Assembly (NCBI RefSeq): GCF_006345805.1
Contig: NW_021824147.1
Location: 1-19,735 of the forward strand
Direction of reading: 5' to 3'
Length of the DNA: 19,735 bases
Source: Octopus sinensis
Taxonomy: Eukaryota
Of this stretch, positions 1-11,074 are shown in pieces. Position numbers and translations under genes: made by a program. The notes under the pieces were generated by a model, which was given only the letters and a program-made list of their open reading frames with translations, was not told the DNA's origin and did no database searches. Position 1 is the first letter of the stretch. The number at the start of each line of letters is the position of its first letter.

Positions 1-364
1 ATTAAATATGTATATTCTGTGCATCTTCGTTGCTCTTCGATTTAAACTAACTTCTCTATGATTTATCTAAAAGTGATCATCTCCCTTACAATAACTGCCA
101 TCATGGCACACATGTGTTCAAACTAGCTATTTGGTGCATAACAACTAAATATGTAATCTAGCTTCCTTTCACGTGACTCGTCCCAATTGCTTTTCTGGAT
201 CTTGTGAAGTAATTCTAAATAGAAGTTCTTGCTTAATACGCTTAGACAAGTTCTGGAAGGCTTGTGGACAATTATACACTCATGGAGCAGAAAGGAGAAA
301 TATAGCTAAGTAGCATTTGCAAAGGTGGAAACCCAAAGAGGGATCAGTTCCTCGAGCCTTAGAA

Positions 365-640
365 CTCACAGGACCGGTTACCTGGTTTCCTTGGCAACAT
401 AAGTGATCGAGGTCACAACATTCTTTCTGAATGGAACATCAGCCATTTGCAGGATTCTGGGTCAGCAATTATGAGTTGAGGAATAAAACGATTACACCGA
501 TCCCATGACTAGGTTTAAAGACCGCAAAGCGATGAAAAGCAGATTTGTCCTCGGAAGGATTTGAGTTTAGATTGTGGAACCAGAGGGAATGCCGCTTAAC
601 ATTTTCTTCGACGTGTTAAGGACTGTCTGTTAGCCTCCTT
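365..640 (-). mobile_element. SINE family B, degenerate copy with an extra 3' module
   Basis: 470-640 is similar to 7240-7422 (GATTACA.CGA, GATGAAA.GCA, CCTCGG..GGATTTGAG, GAATGCCGCT). 365-453 is the reverse complement of the module at 7920-8000. Confidence 0.55.
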
Positions 641-879
641 AAAAAAGGACCAGACACGTCACATTTGCTGTGAACTGTACAATGAAAGGTTAACAGCTTG
701 ATCGAATTTTAAAAAGAAAATCAATGTCATTCATTATCCCTTTAGTTTAATGAGAATCCTCAAACTGTTGATCACCCGTAAAAATCAATGCCACAAGAAC
801 AAGCCAACCCTCTGCCAGAAAAACTTCCATCGACCAAAAACAAAAAAAAAAAAAAAAAAAATGAATATTCGTGTAGACC

Positions 880-1110
880 AGCCTTGCATTTCTCTGCTCG
901 ACGTCCATAAAGTAAGATACCAGTTAAATACTCGGGTCGACGTAATCGAATTTTCTGGCCTTGTGCTTATCATCAATGCAGTGAACTGGTTAGCGAGGAA
1001 GATAAAAAGCTTTGCGGTATTTCTTCCAACTCATTACGTCAAGGTCAACTTCATCCTTTCGGGGTCGATAAATGAATATCACTCGACTAGACCCTCCCCC
1101 ACATCCCTTG
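880..1110 (+). mobile_element. SINE family B fragments (two partial copies)
   Basis: ATACCAGTT..TACTCGGGTCGACGTAATCGA..CTGGCCTTGTGC and AGGTCAACTTCATCCTTTCGGGGTCGATAAA match 7100-7200. Confidence 0.6.
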
Positions 1111-1466
1111 CTATCAAAAGGGGTTATAAAATAAACAAGATAGAATTCTGAATATTGCCTATACGTATATTACACTAGTTAGAGATGCTCTGAATTTTAT
1201 TTTCCAAAATACAAAATGTTACCAGTTTATACACGTATAATAAATACTTTAAGTACAAACGATACGCATATATAATATAGTACAAAAAATATATATGCAT
1301 GTGTCTTATACCACATAATATACTGTATAATGGTGTACAATATATACATATTCTCTAAAACCCATTGCATGTTGCATATATTAGATAAAGTATATATGTT
1401 AAATAATGTATGCTTATCATTCCATTTAAAATTATATAACATCTTTTGAGATATATAACATCTTTT

Positions 1467-1467
<1 letters not shown>

Positions 1468-1515
<48 letters not shown>

Positions 1516-1710
1516 ATGTGTATGTGTCTGTGTGTACACACAGCATGTTATATTATATATATACACGCATATACATACACACACACATACACATGTATAG
1601 ATGTACATATACATTATAGTGTATGTGCAGATATATATGCTATAATGTATATGCGCGTATAAATTATGCACATACACACATGTATATGGATATATGTACA
1701 CAATATATAT
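1468..1710. repeat. Compound (TA)n(TG)n/(CA)n microsatellite region
   Basis: Direct reading; source of several spurious YIYI/CVCV ORFs. Confidence 0.9.
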
Positions 1711-2076
1711 TGTGTGGTAGGTAGCTTGCTTACAAAACACATGGTTCCGGGTTCATTCCCACTGCATAGCACCTTGGGCAAGTGTCTTCTACTATAGCCT
1801 TGGGCCGACCAAAGCCTTGTGAGTGGATTTGGTAGACGGAAACTAAAAGAAGCCCGTCGTATATATGTATGTGTGTGTATATGTTTGTGTGTGTGTTTGT
1901 TCCCCAACATCGCTTGACAACCGATGCTGGTGTGTTCCCCGTAACGTAGTGGTTCGGCGAGAGACTGATAGAATAAGTACAAGGCTTACAAAGAATAAGT
2001 CCTGGGGTCGATTTGCCCGACTAAAGGCAGTGCTGCAGCATGGACGCAGTCAAATGACTCAAACAAGTAAAAGAGA
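1711..2076 (+). mobile_element. tRNA-derived SINE, family A, near full length, with internal (TA/TG)n
   Basis: B-box-like GGTTCATTCCC at 1750-1760, CCTTGGGCAAGT core, internal microsatellite 1861-1900, 3' tail GGCAGTGCTGCAGCATGGACGCAGTCAAATGACTCAAACAAGTAAAAGA. Homologous to copies at 4922, 11217, 14414 and 18165. Confidence 0.85.
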
Positions 2077-2934
2077 TAGAAATACGTATACATACAATAA
2101 GCATATAATATGGAGAATTTTTTATGTGTATTATATACATACATATAAGAGTGTGCTATATGTATATATATGTATGCACGGCAAAAGTATTCATGAATAA
2201 ATTGTTAATGGATAATAAGAAAACTGCCAAAACAATATGGCGCCGGACTAAATGCTTCACAACATTAAGTTTTATTCTTGTTGGTTTTGTGTGAAATGAT
2301 ACAAGTTTGACTTTTTCTCTTCCATTGGAGTCCTCAGAATTTGCAGCGGTATTTCGCTGCTTCGTCGAGATGTCTATACGCCATATCTTGCAAAATATAG
2401 CCTTGAAATTGAAAATGTATTAATAAATGAGGTTTGAGAAGATACTCCGGATAATATGTCATATTGGATAGTTCCTCTCTATTCTGAAAATGTGCTCTTC
2501 TGATTTTATAAAATTTTTGGGTGAACTCTCTCAGGAGCAAGGATTTGAAGTGGGCATCAATACACATTCCTCTCCCAACAAATTAGGAAATTAATATATA
2601 TTGGTTTTCTTTTAACAAACAGAAAGAAAGGCTCTATATTTGTGTATCCAAAAATATTTAGCACGTCTATGTCCACTAGGACGCGGGAAGACCGTCTCTC
2701 TGTAGAAATAGTATCAGGATAAAATTCTCCTCATAGGGACTATATATGAAAACGCATCACTGAGTTATGACTGAGATCACTGGATTGTAGGCCGTTTGCG
2801 TTTCTGCGTCGTTACTCTTTAATAATGTAAGTGAATTGAAATGCTTTCCATTGGCAACTGGAACCATTAGGTTAAAATAAATTGAGCGATTAATTCCTGC
2901 TTTCCATCGGTGATCAATGACTTAGAAGCAAAAC

Positions 2935-2966
<32 letters not shown>

Positions 2967-3327
2967 ACATACAAACAAAAATACTTTTCCTTCGATATTC
3001 CACCATAATTAGGAATAAGAACTTGTGGCTATCATACTTTTCTTCCACAAAAGTAAAAGGAAGTGAATCGACCTTAAGAGTGTACACTGGTTTCTTTAGG
3101 ACTAAAGAACAAAGGCTACGTTTAGTAGACTCTTCCACCAAGAAATAAAAAGGAAGTTTCTCTCATCATTCAATTTCCAATGGCATCAATAGTGGAATAC
3201 GAGGTCGCTCGATTCAATTAATAGTAACCATAGTAACCATAGCTGTGTCTCGTTATGTCTAAAATCCAAATTATATTCTATTTCTCACACATGAAACATA
3301 TACGTTAAAAATAATGAAATTTATATT

Positions 3328-3333
3328 TTTATT
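3328..3333 (-). promoter_or_regulatory. Candidate polyadenylation signal (AATAAA) of the SLC6 gene
   Basis: First canonical AATAAA I found on the minus strand after the stop (~555 nt downstream). ATTAAA at 3570-3575 and AATAAA at 2271-2276 are alternatives. AT-rich background makes this weak. Confidence 0.3.
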
Positions 3334-3886
3334 ACTTAAATATGTGGTCAACGACCTTTTATAATTAAAATAGAAATTAATCTCATTTCCAATTAATGAC
3401 TTTTTTATGAACATCTCCAAATAGAAGTGTAGTTATAACAGCGAAAGGTGTAACTTCGTTAACGAGACCCCATAAGGGATTTCACCAACGTTTGGAGTTC
3501 TCTTTCCTTGTTGATCGCGATAGACAACGTTTACTAACACCATATTGGTTTTTTCTCCTTATCGCTGCATTTAATCATTCTGAAGATATTTCTCATTAAA
3601 AACATTTGGAATAGTAAAAACCGTCAAAGAATTGTTTAAAGATAGAAAAAAAAAATATGAAAAATAAAATACAATTAAAATGTACATTATAAAAAATTAT
3701 AAACACAGGAATTATTAATATAAGATGTGATATTTTAGCAAAATGTACTTTGTGTTTTCGAGGTTCATTCCTTAGCTTCAAATTTCTTTTGGTAATAAAA
3801 TACGAAAACTAAGAAATAAACTTAAAAAATAAATCCTGCAAATGGCAGATCCTGAGATGAGATTCGTAAAAAATTAAGATTTCCCG

Positions 3887-4003
3887 TCAGGTAAATGCTT
3901 TATTATCCATTCCACTCATTTCGTGTTCTATGTCTTTCTTAGCTTTCTTAGCTTTCTCAGCAGGTCCCCAGTTTTCTGTAGGTGTAGTAATTCGTTGTAA
4001 TCG
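3887..4003 (-). CDS. SLC6 terminal coding exon: [38 protein letters not shown]
   Basis: 117 nt; acceptor cccaacAG after a pyrimidine tract; R.....P...WGP C-tail motif; TGA at 3887-3889. Confidence 0.92.
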   Translation of the reverse strand, partial: RLQRITTPTENWGPAEKAKKAKKDIEHEMSGMDNKAFT

Positions 4004-4032
4004 CTGTTGGGTAGAAAGAAAGAAAATATATA

Positions 4033-4927
4033 GTGTGTGTGTGCGTGTGCGTGTGCGCGTGTGTCTCTCTGTCTCTGTGTGTGTGTCTCTGTGTGTGTCT
4101 CTGTCTGCCTGTGTGTGTGTGTGTCTCTGTCTGCCTGTGTGTGTGTGTGTCTCTGTCTGCCTGTGTGTGTGTGTGTGTGTGTCTCTGTCTGCCGTGTGTG
4201 TGTGTGTGTGTGTCTGTCTGCCTGTGTGTGTGTGTGTGTGTGTGTCTCTGTCTGCGTGTGTGTGTGTGTGTGTGTGTGTCTCTGTCTGCCTGTGTGTGTG
4301 TGTGTGTGTGTGTGTCTCTGTCTGCCTGTGTGTGTGTGTGTGTGTGTGTCTCTGTCTGTCTGCCTGTGTCTCTGTCTGCCTGTGTGTGTCTGCCTGTGTG
4401 TGTCTGCCTGTGTCTGTGTCTGCCTGTGTCTGCCTGTGTCTGCCTGTGTGTGCCTGTGTGTGCCTGTGTGTCTGCCTGTGTCTGCCTGTGTCTGCCTGTG
4501 TCTGCCTGTGTGTCTGCCTGTGTCTGCCTGTGTCTGCCTGTGTCTGCCTGTGTGTGCCTGTGTGTGCCTGTGTGTGCCTGTGTGTGCCTGTGTGTGCCTG
4601 TGTCTGCCTGTGCCTGTGTCTGTGTGTGTGTCTGTGTGTGTGTGTGTGTGTGCCTGTGTGTGTGTGTGTGTGTGTGTGTCTGTGCGTGCGTGTGTGCGTG
4701 TGCGCGTGTGCGCGTGTGCGCGTGTGCGCGTGTGCGTCTGTCTGTGTGTCTCAGTGTGTGTGTCTCAGTGTGTGTGTCTCAGTGTGTGTGTCTCAGTGTG
4801 TGTGTCTCAGTGTGTGTGTCTCAGTGTGTGTGTCTCAGTGTGTGTGTCTCAGTGTGTGTGTCTCAGTGTGTGTGTCTCAGTGTGTGTGTCTCAGTGTGTG
4901 TGTCTCAGTGTGTGTGTCTCAGTGTGT
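4033..4927. repeat. ~0.9-kb compound (GT)n-derived minisatellite
   Basis: Blocks in order: (GT)n+CTCTGTCTGCCT; 10-mers GTGTCTGCCT/GTGTGTGCCT; GTGTGCGC 8-mers; 13 copies of the 14-mer TCTCAGTGTGTGTG (4749-4927). Confidence 0.97.
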
Positions 4928-5185
4928 GGCAAGAACTGCTACTCAAACACATGGCGCTGGGTTCAGTCCAACTGCGTGGCACCTTGGGCAAGTATCTTCA
5001 ACTATTTCCTTGAGCTGACCACAGCCTTGTGAATGGAAACTGAAAGAAGCATGTGGTGTACATATATGTATACATTTGTGTTTGTGTGTCTAGTCATCTC
5101 CGCTTGACAACCGTTGTCAGTGTGTTTAGGTCTCCGTAACATTAGCGGTTCGACAATGGAGACCGATAGATTAAGTACTTATCTA
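4922..5185 (+). mobile_element. SINE family A, diverged, 3'-truncated copy
   Basis: GGGTTCAGTCC..GCACCTTGGGCAAGT..GGAAACTGAAAGAAGC..CGCTTGACAACCG..GACCGATAGATTAAGTAC aligns to the 1711 copy. Confidence 0.8.
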
Positions 5186-5254
5186 AAAAAAAGCAAAAAA
5201 AAAAAAACTACAAAAAGCCAGACGACACAGAACTGTAAAAAAGAATGTCTTTCG

Positions 5255-5575
5255 TATTGCAGGGTACAAAGCAACATCACCAGTGCTGGTGCCACCACAA
5301 ATTGCATCCGGTACACTTTATAAAAAAAAGTTGTTGAATGAGCGGAGACATCATAGGATCAATTCTTTACTCTGAACATATGACTATTTCTCTAGTTCTA
5401 GTGACAATAAAATACGCCCAGTTCACTCGACAGAGTGGTTGGCGATAGGCAGCGCATGGAACAAAAGAAAACAAACCAGAGTACTAAATATTTCTTGGAG
5501 TAGGAAAAACTATTGTAAATCATGTTGGCTCATCGAACCCATGACAGCATAGAAAGTAGACGTAAAATGATGACG
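5255..5575 (+). mobile_element. SINE-like family C, degenerate, with (TGA)n tail
   Basis: CCCAGT.CACTC...AGTGGTTGGCG.TAGG and ACCCATG.CAGCAT.GAAAGTAGACGTAAAATGATGA are similar to 15530-15702. Confidence 0.5.
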
Positions 5576-5621
5576 TTTATGTTATCCCTGCACACAGTGG
5601 AATCGAAACTTTAATACTTAC

Positions 5622-5792
5622 TTGTATAATACTTCCAGGTTCCAAGCAAAACCTATAAATGAAGTAAAGTGGTATCGGGCATAAACACAAAGCGGATAAG
5701 AGCCAACCAATACTCTGGGCAAATTCCGGATAAACCTCACCATTATCGTATTTAGGAGGTTTGTACCGGATCATCCGGTAAACAAAAAGCAT
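5622..5792 (-). CDS. SLC6 exon l (TM12): MLFVYRMIRYKPPKYDNGEVYPEFAQSIGWLLSALCLCPIPLYFIYRFCLEPGSIIQ
   Basis: 171 nt; acceptor tttgcAG, donor GTaagt; Y.P..Y....YP..A..IGW motif. Confidence 0.95.
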
Positions 5793-6269
5793 CTGCAAAG
5801 AGAAATACATGTTTATAGAATTGTTTTCCTCTTCGGTGTCTGTAAAATGAAATGTTGGATAAAATGTGATTTAATAAAATGAAACGTGCATTTTACACAC
5901 AGAGTTGTCCAGCAGGGTGGCATCTTTTGAAAGTTACAACGGTTTATAATATCAGATCGACCAACGTTGTCGCTATAGTGATCTACACTTAATGCATACA
6001 ATCCTACTACTTACATACATACATTTATACTATAAGCACACGCCACATACATGCATACCTACATACATACAATACTTGCTCGTGTGCACTTACACATACA
6101 GCGAGAGAAGCTGCATCTGATTTTTGAGGACACCTCGTTCAAAAGAGGCAGATTTCTCTCCCCCACACACGTACAGTGTGTGTGTGTGGTGTGTGTGTAT
6201 ATTATGAGGGAATATTATTCCAAACTTAAAGGGAAAAATTCAATTTAGAAATACTAAATCAAGTTTCAC

Positions 6270-6932
<663 letters not shown>

Positions 6933-7064
6933 TATTTTTTGTAAAAGGTATAATTTAATATTTCATTATTAAATTGACAAAAGGTCGTTTTTTTTTCAAA
7001 TTTATATTAAATATAGAATAATGGTGACTGCAAATTAAATTCTGAGGAGATGGATTGCAAATTC

Positions 7065-7205
7065 TGCCGGCTCCACATTCTAAGTTCAAACACCATCGAG
7101 GTCAACTTTGCCTTTCATTCTTTCGGGATCACTAAAATAATTTGAAAACTGGGATCAATGTAATCGACTTATCCTTCCCTTAAAATCGTTGGCCTTCTGC
7201 CTGAC
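7065..7205 (+). mobile_element. SINE family B copy
   Basis: B-box-like AAGTTCAAACACC, GAGGTCAACTTTGCCTTTCAT, GTAATCGACTT, TGGCCTT; inverted relative to 7215-7422. Confidence 0.75.
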
Positions 7206-7214
7206 TAAAAATAA

Positions 7215-7422
7215 TTCTTTCTTCTAAATGCACAAAGTCTGAAATTGTGGGAGAGGGTGCTGGTCGATTACATGGACTCCAGCACTCAGCTGAAACCGAT
7301 TTCATCGACTCCGAAAGGACGAAAGGAAAAGTTGACCTCGGCGGAATTTGAGCTCAGAACGTGAAGACGGACGAAATGTTGCTAAGTGTTTTTCCCGGTT
7401 TGCTCACAATTCTCCCCGCCTT
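7215..7422 (-). mobile_element. SINE family B, near full-length copy
   Basis: Reverse complement reads ..GAGCTCAAATTCCGCCGAGGTCAACTTTTCCTTTCGTCCTTTCGGAGTCGATG..GTAATCGACC; homologous to 7065, 14812 and 470. Confidence 0.8.
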
Positions 7423-7497
7423 AATAATAATAAATCATAAAGGTAACCCCATTAAACTGCCTAGATTGTGGAAGAAAACAATTGGAAATTCACTTAC

Positions 7498-7604
7498 TGA
7501 AATGAGAATTGGAGCACAAATAGTCCAACAAAAGATCCAGAAGACAACTGGGTGTGGGGTGTATCCGATCATGTATTGAATGTCGTTCATCAATCTCCGT
7601 GAAC
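7498..7604 (-). CDS. SLC6 exon k (IL5/TM11): SRRLMNDIQYMIGYTPHPVVFWIFCWTICAPILIS
   Basis: 107 nt; acceptor tttctcaAG (AAG type), donor GTaagt; DI..MIG..P...W..CW....P motif. Confidence 0.94.
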
Positions 7605-7844
7605 CTTGAGAAAAAGAATATTGAATTTATAACGAATTATAGGAAAGCAAAAAAAAAAAAAAAAAAAATCTGTGTTAGTCCCAAACCAGCCTTGGTGAAA
7701 TCGATCTGTATAATCCTGATGCTCCATCCGTGATAATCCCCACTTCTTTAATTGTAGTCTAATATGAGGATACACACCTCAGTCTTACTGATCTGTGGGG
7801 TCGGAATTAAGGTGTTATGTCATTGGTTATTGTAAGGCGACAAA

Positions 7845-8010
7845 AAACAGGAACCAGTCAAGTACTGAGGTCGATATATTGATTTGTCCCCTCTCCTTAA
7901 AAATCGCTAGCCTTGAAACCCTGCAGCGGACAAGCATCCCGTTCAGGAGAAGTGTCACGATATCGGTCACTTTAGGCCATGCAAACCGGCCCTTTGAGTC
8001 CGAGGACCCA
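7845..8010 (+). mobile_element. SINE family B 3' part plus additional 3' module
   Basis: ACCAGTCAAGTACTGAGGTCGAT..CCCCTCTCCTTAAAAATCGCTAGCCTTG followed by CCTGCAGCGGAC..CATCCCGTTCAGG..AAACCGGCCCTTTGAG (mirror of 365-453). Confidence 0.55.
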
Positions 8011-8094
8011 AGAAAAATATTTAAGGCAAGAGACGCAGGTTGTGTAAGGTGACTCGATCTTGCTTTTCTTGGATACCAGCTGTACTCTATGGCA

Positions 8095-8098
<4 letters not shown>

Positions 8099-8127
<29 letters not shown>
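8099..8127. repeat. (CA)n microsatellite
   Basis: Direct reading; lies ~20 nt downstream of the exon j donor. Confidence 0.9.
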
Positions 8128-8130
<3 letters not shown>

Positions 8131-8146
8131 GACATAAAGAACTTAC

Positions 8147-8246
8147 CATAAACCCACATGACAGCAATTAGCTCGCATGCTGCTACACAGAGCACTGAAA
8201 AATCAGCAGCATACCCATCAAGAAGAGAGACGACATAGGTTCCACC
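8147..8246 (-). CDS. SLC6 exon j (TM10): GGTYVVSLLDGYAADFSVLCVAACELIAVMWVY(G)
   Basis: 100 nt; acceptor ttttcAG, donor GTaagt; GG.Y...L.D.Y and E.IA..W.YG motifs. Confidence 0.96.
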
Positions 8247-9005
8247 CTGAAAAAAAACAACAAAAAAAAACTCCTAGAAATAAGATTCTAAAGCAGGTGT
8301 TCTGAAATAGGGGTACAAGGCGTATGCGAAATTTCCAAAATCTTTCAAATTCTGAAATAATTACAGCCACCTGCTGTTCACTGATATTAAGTCTGCGTTG
8401 GGTTTGGCCCTGGTAAGGAAAGAGAGGCAATAAGAAATTTTGAACGGGCGCTACACAATCTGTCCTGAGGAGATGGACTGCAAATTGAAAGTCGTAAGAC
8501 CTCAAAATCCAAGAAGAAAGGCAAAATTGATCTGGATGGGATTTGAACCCACAGCTGCAAACATTCGGAACTAAGGCTGTGAGGAACAGAACGAGACGTT
8601 TTGGCGTAGCCATTTCGGCGCCACTGATTCGACACTGACTTATTTGACATGAGACCTTTTGGTGTTTCTTTCGTTCTCTTTCTCCCTCTCCCGCTCTGTT
8701 TACGAGTGTTAGCTTATTTCTGTTTGTGTGTATGAGGAGAGGGAAAGTGTTTATGTCATTCATGTTCAATTAACAAATTGTAATCTCTCTCTCTCTCTCT
8801 TTGTAAGTTGATATTTCTACGCGCACGCGTGTGCGCGCACATACTCTCGATTGCTTCCAGTGTCAAAACAGTGTCTGAATTCTATCAAAAATTAACGATT
8901 GCCAATATTCTGCATTATTATTCATAACTGGAATTTGGTCTTGTAGAAGTCTGAGAAATGATAACCTTTGGAGTAAAATAAGAGAAACACAAATGTACAA
9001 CTTAC

Positions 9006-9134
9006 AGGGCAGACGCATGGTAAGGCAAAAAAGAAACAACAAATACCAAAGCCCACACAAAGGATTGCTTTGTATTTTCGAAGTTTCGGATACTCGTCCT
9101 GAAGGCACGTGAGGACCGTCTCAAGCAGAGCAAA
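9006..9134 (-). CDS. SLC6 exon i (TM8 end/TM9): FALLETVLTCLQDEYPKLRKYKAILCVGFGICCFFFALPCVCP
   Basis: 129 nt; acceptor ttttcAG, donor GTaagt; F...ET..T.L.D.YP motif. Confidence 0.95.
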
Positions 9135-9385
9135 CTGAAAAAAGAACGAAGAGACAAGGTGTCAAAGCATGAAATAAAGATAGCAAAGAGGCTAAATAGA
9201 TATAAAAATACGCTCCCCCCGCCCAACAAGAAGCAAAAGAAAAGTCGGTTAGTGAAAAATATAAAAGAAACGGAGTAAATCTTAAAGAATAATATATTTG
9301 GAAGAAAATAGGTTAGAGGAGGCCAAAAAATGTCTTGATAACTTGGTCTTGAAAATTCTTTTTTATTTATTTAAAAAAAAATTAA

Positions 9386-10820
9386 TCTAGTTTCAGCTCA
9401 CGAGCTGTGGCCATGCTGGGGCACCGCCATTTTGCGTTGCTACCTAATTTTACTTCATGAATGCTTTTTAGAAATTGACATTAGGTGCATGAGAGAGTTT
9501 GATGCAGCTGCCTTCATCTGCACCTCCTGCTGCGAAGTTGGTTCATCTGACAGGAAGAGGTCCAGCTTTATTTTGAAGACACCTACATCCACCCCATGCA
9601 GGTCTCTCATGTCATTCGGGAGGATATTGAAGAGCTGTGGACCTCTGAAGCCCAATCTATTGCAGTATCTTGTCCTACATCTTGATGGCAAATTTGGAGT
9701 CCTTGGCACTATGCAGTAGCGCCCAGTTCTAGTATTTGTGTAGCTCTCGATGCCAAAGTTTGGGACAAGTCCTTCCAGGATCTTCCAGATGTATATTATG
9801 GCATATCTTTCTCGCCTACGCTCTAAGGAATAGAGTCTTAATCTCTTGAGTCTTTCCCAGTAGCTTATATGCTGCATAGAGGCTATCTTCTTCGTGTAGC
9901 TTCGTTGGATTACCTCAAGTTCTGAGATTATTTTGACACTGGTTGGTGACCATAGCTGAGAGCAATAGTCAAAGTGGCTTAGGACAAGTGTCCTCCAGAG
10001 GACCATCATGGTTTCCTGGTCTCTTGTTCTAAAAGTTCTAAGAATCCATCCGGTCAGCCGCCTACATTTCATTGCCAATTTAGCAACATGCACACGAAAG
10101 GTTGCCTCATTACTCATGTAAATGCCCAGGTCTCGCACTGATTGTGCTTCTGGTATTGCAGTCCCTCCAGGTCCAGTGTATTTATTGGGTATTGCATTTA
10201 GTTTTGCATGCTGATAGGACTCGCTTACGTACTTTTAGAAGGATTGCTGGGAATCCATCAGGGCCAGTAGCTGAGTTTGGGTTCATTTCATTTATAGCCC
10301 TTATTACAACGTCTTCCTTTATATTGATGTAATCAATCATCATTGCCTCTGTTTTTATATCTGCAGTGGTAAATAAGTCAGTTGGATTGCTGACTTAAAA
10401 GTGCCCTAGGGGTGGAGTGAAAATACTTTTGAATTGCTCATTTAGTATTTCACTTATCCTCATTGGATTCCCTGTGAGTGTACCATCTTTTTCGAGGAGT
10501 GGCCCTATCCTGCAGTGAACCGAAGCTGTTTCTTTGGCAAACTTATAGAAAGCTCTGGGGTTAGATTTTATATTGTCTATAGCCCAGGCTTCTTTGTCTG
10601 CTCTTTCTTTTTCATGGGAGAGTTGTAGACTTTTTCAATCTCCAGCAGCTGTATTTCCAGGCTGGACTTTTCACTGTTTTCAATTTGTTTGCTTAGGCGA
10701 TTTAAAACTTTTGTACACCGTCTCATAAGAATTTTCCTCTGCCTGGGGATTTTGTTCTTGTGCACAGGGGCCCTTCTCTCCGGGGGCACATTTGTAGCAT
10801 ATGGCTTGCATTACATATAC
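9386..10820 (-). mobile_element. CR1-group non-LTR retrotransposon (LINE) remnant, 5'-truncated, RT core deleted
   Basis: ORF2-like peptides: linker IKSNPRAFYKFAK..IGPLLEKDG..ISEILNEQFKSIFT; pre-RT NSATGPDGFPAILLK; post-RT VRDLGIYMS..HFDYCSQLWSP..SYWERLKRLRLYSLERRRERYAIIYIWKILEG (track ORF 9455..10138). Frameshifts near 10620 and 10790, a stop near 10395, and a short 3' tail at 9386-9454. Confidence 0.92.
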
Positions 10821-11074
10821 GAATAATAATTTTTTTTGGGTGGTTAAATTAAGCAATATTTATAGCTTCTGAACTCGGTTCAAGACAAATTTCTACCAGG
10901 AAGAGTTTCAGCCAATGAAATGTGTGCGGTAAGGCACCAGCTCTTGTTTTGTCAATCTTGAATTAACGAAAGGCAAAAGCTGACTTTAGATTAACGATGA
11001 TGATGTTAATGAATAGGGAATATATTATCGGATTAAGGGTTTTATACAAGAATATACGATCAACACGAATTTAC

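Noticed and set aside
125-260. Minus-strand peptide ..SNWDESRERKLDYIFSC.. resembling an SLC6 N-terminal W..K.DF..S motif (possible tandem paralogue)
   Set aside because: The spacing is wrong, a stop follows within a few codons, and there is no G.GN.WRFP; most likely chance.
750-1151. 133-aa ORF with a poly-Lys run
   Set aside because: Runs through a poly(A) tract and SINE B fragments; no recognisable domain.
1433-1470. 19-bp tandem duplication TATATAACATCTTTTGAGA
   Set aside because: Ordinary slippage duplication next to (TA)n; no element between the copies, so not a target-site duplication.
1711-1790. tRNA gene
   Set aside because: Only a B-box-like SINE head; no complete cloverleaf.
1227-2200. 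Several 63-122 aa ORFs
   Set aside because: Derived from microsatellites and SINE A.
3930-5032. Three overlapping 326-362 aa Cys/Val-rich ORFs
   Set aside because: Translations of the stop-free (GT)n array, open in all three frames and antisense to the SLC6 intron.
8218-8769. 183-aa minus-strand ORF
   Set aside because: Intronic, crosses a degenerate repeat, and overlaps exon j in the wrong frame.
9350-10840. Target-site duplication around the LINE
   Set aside because: Both flanks are A/T-rich, but I could not identify a convincing direct repeat.
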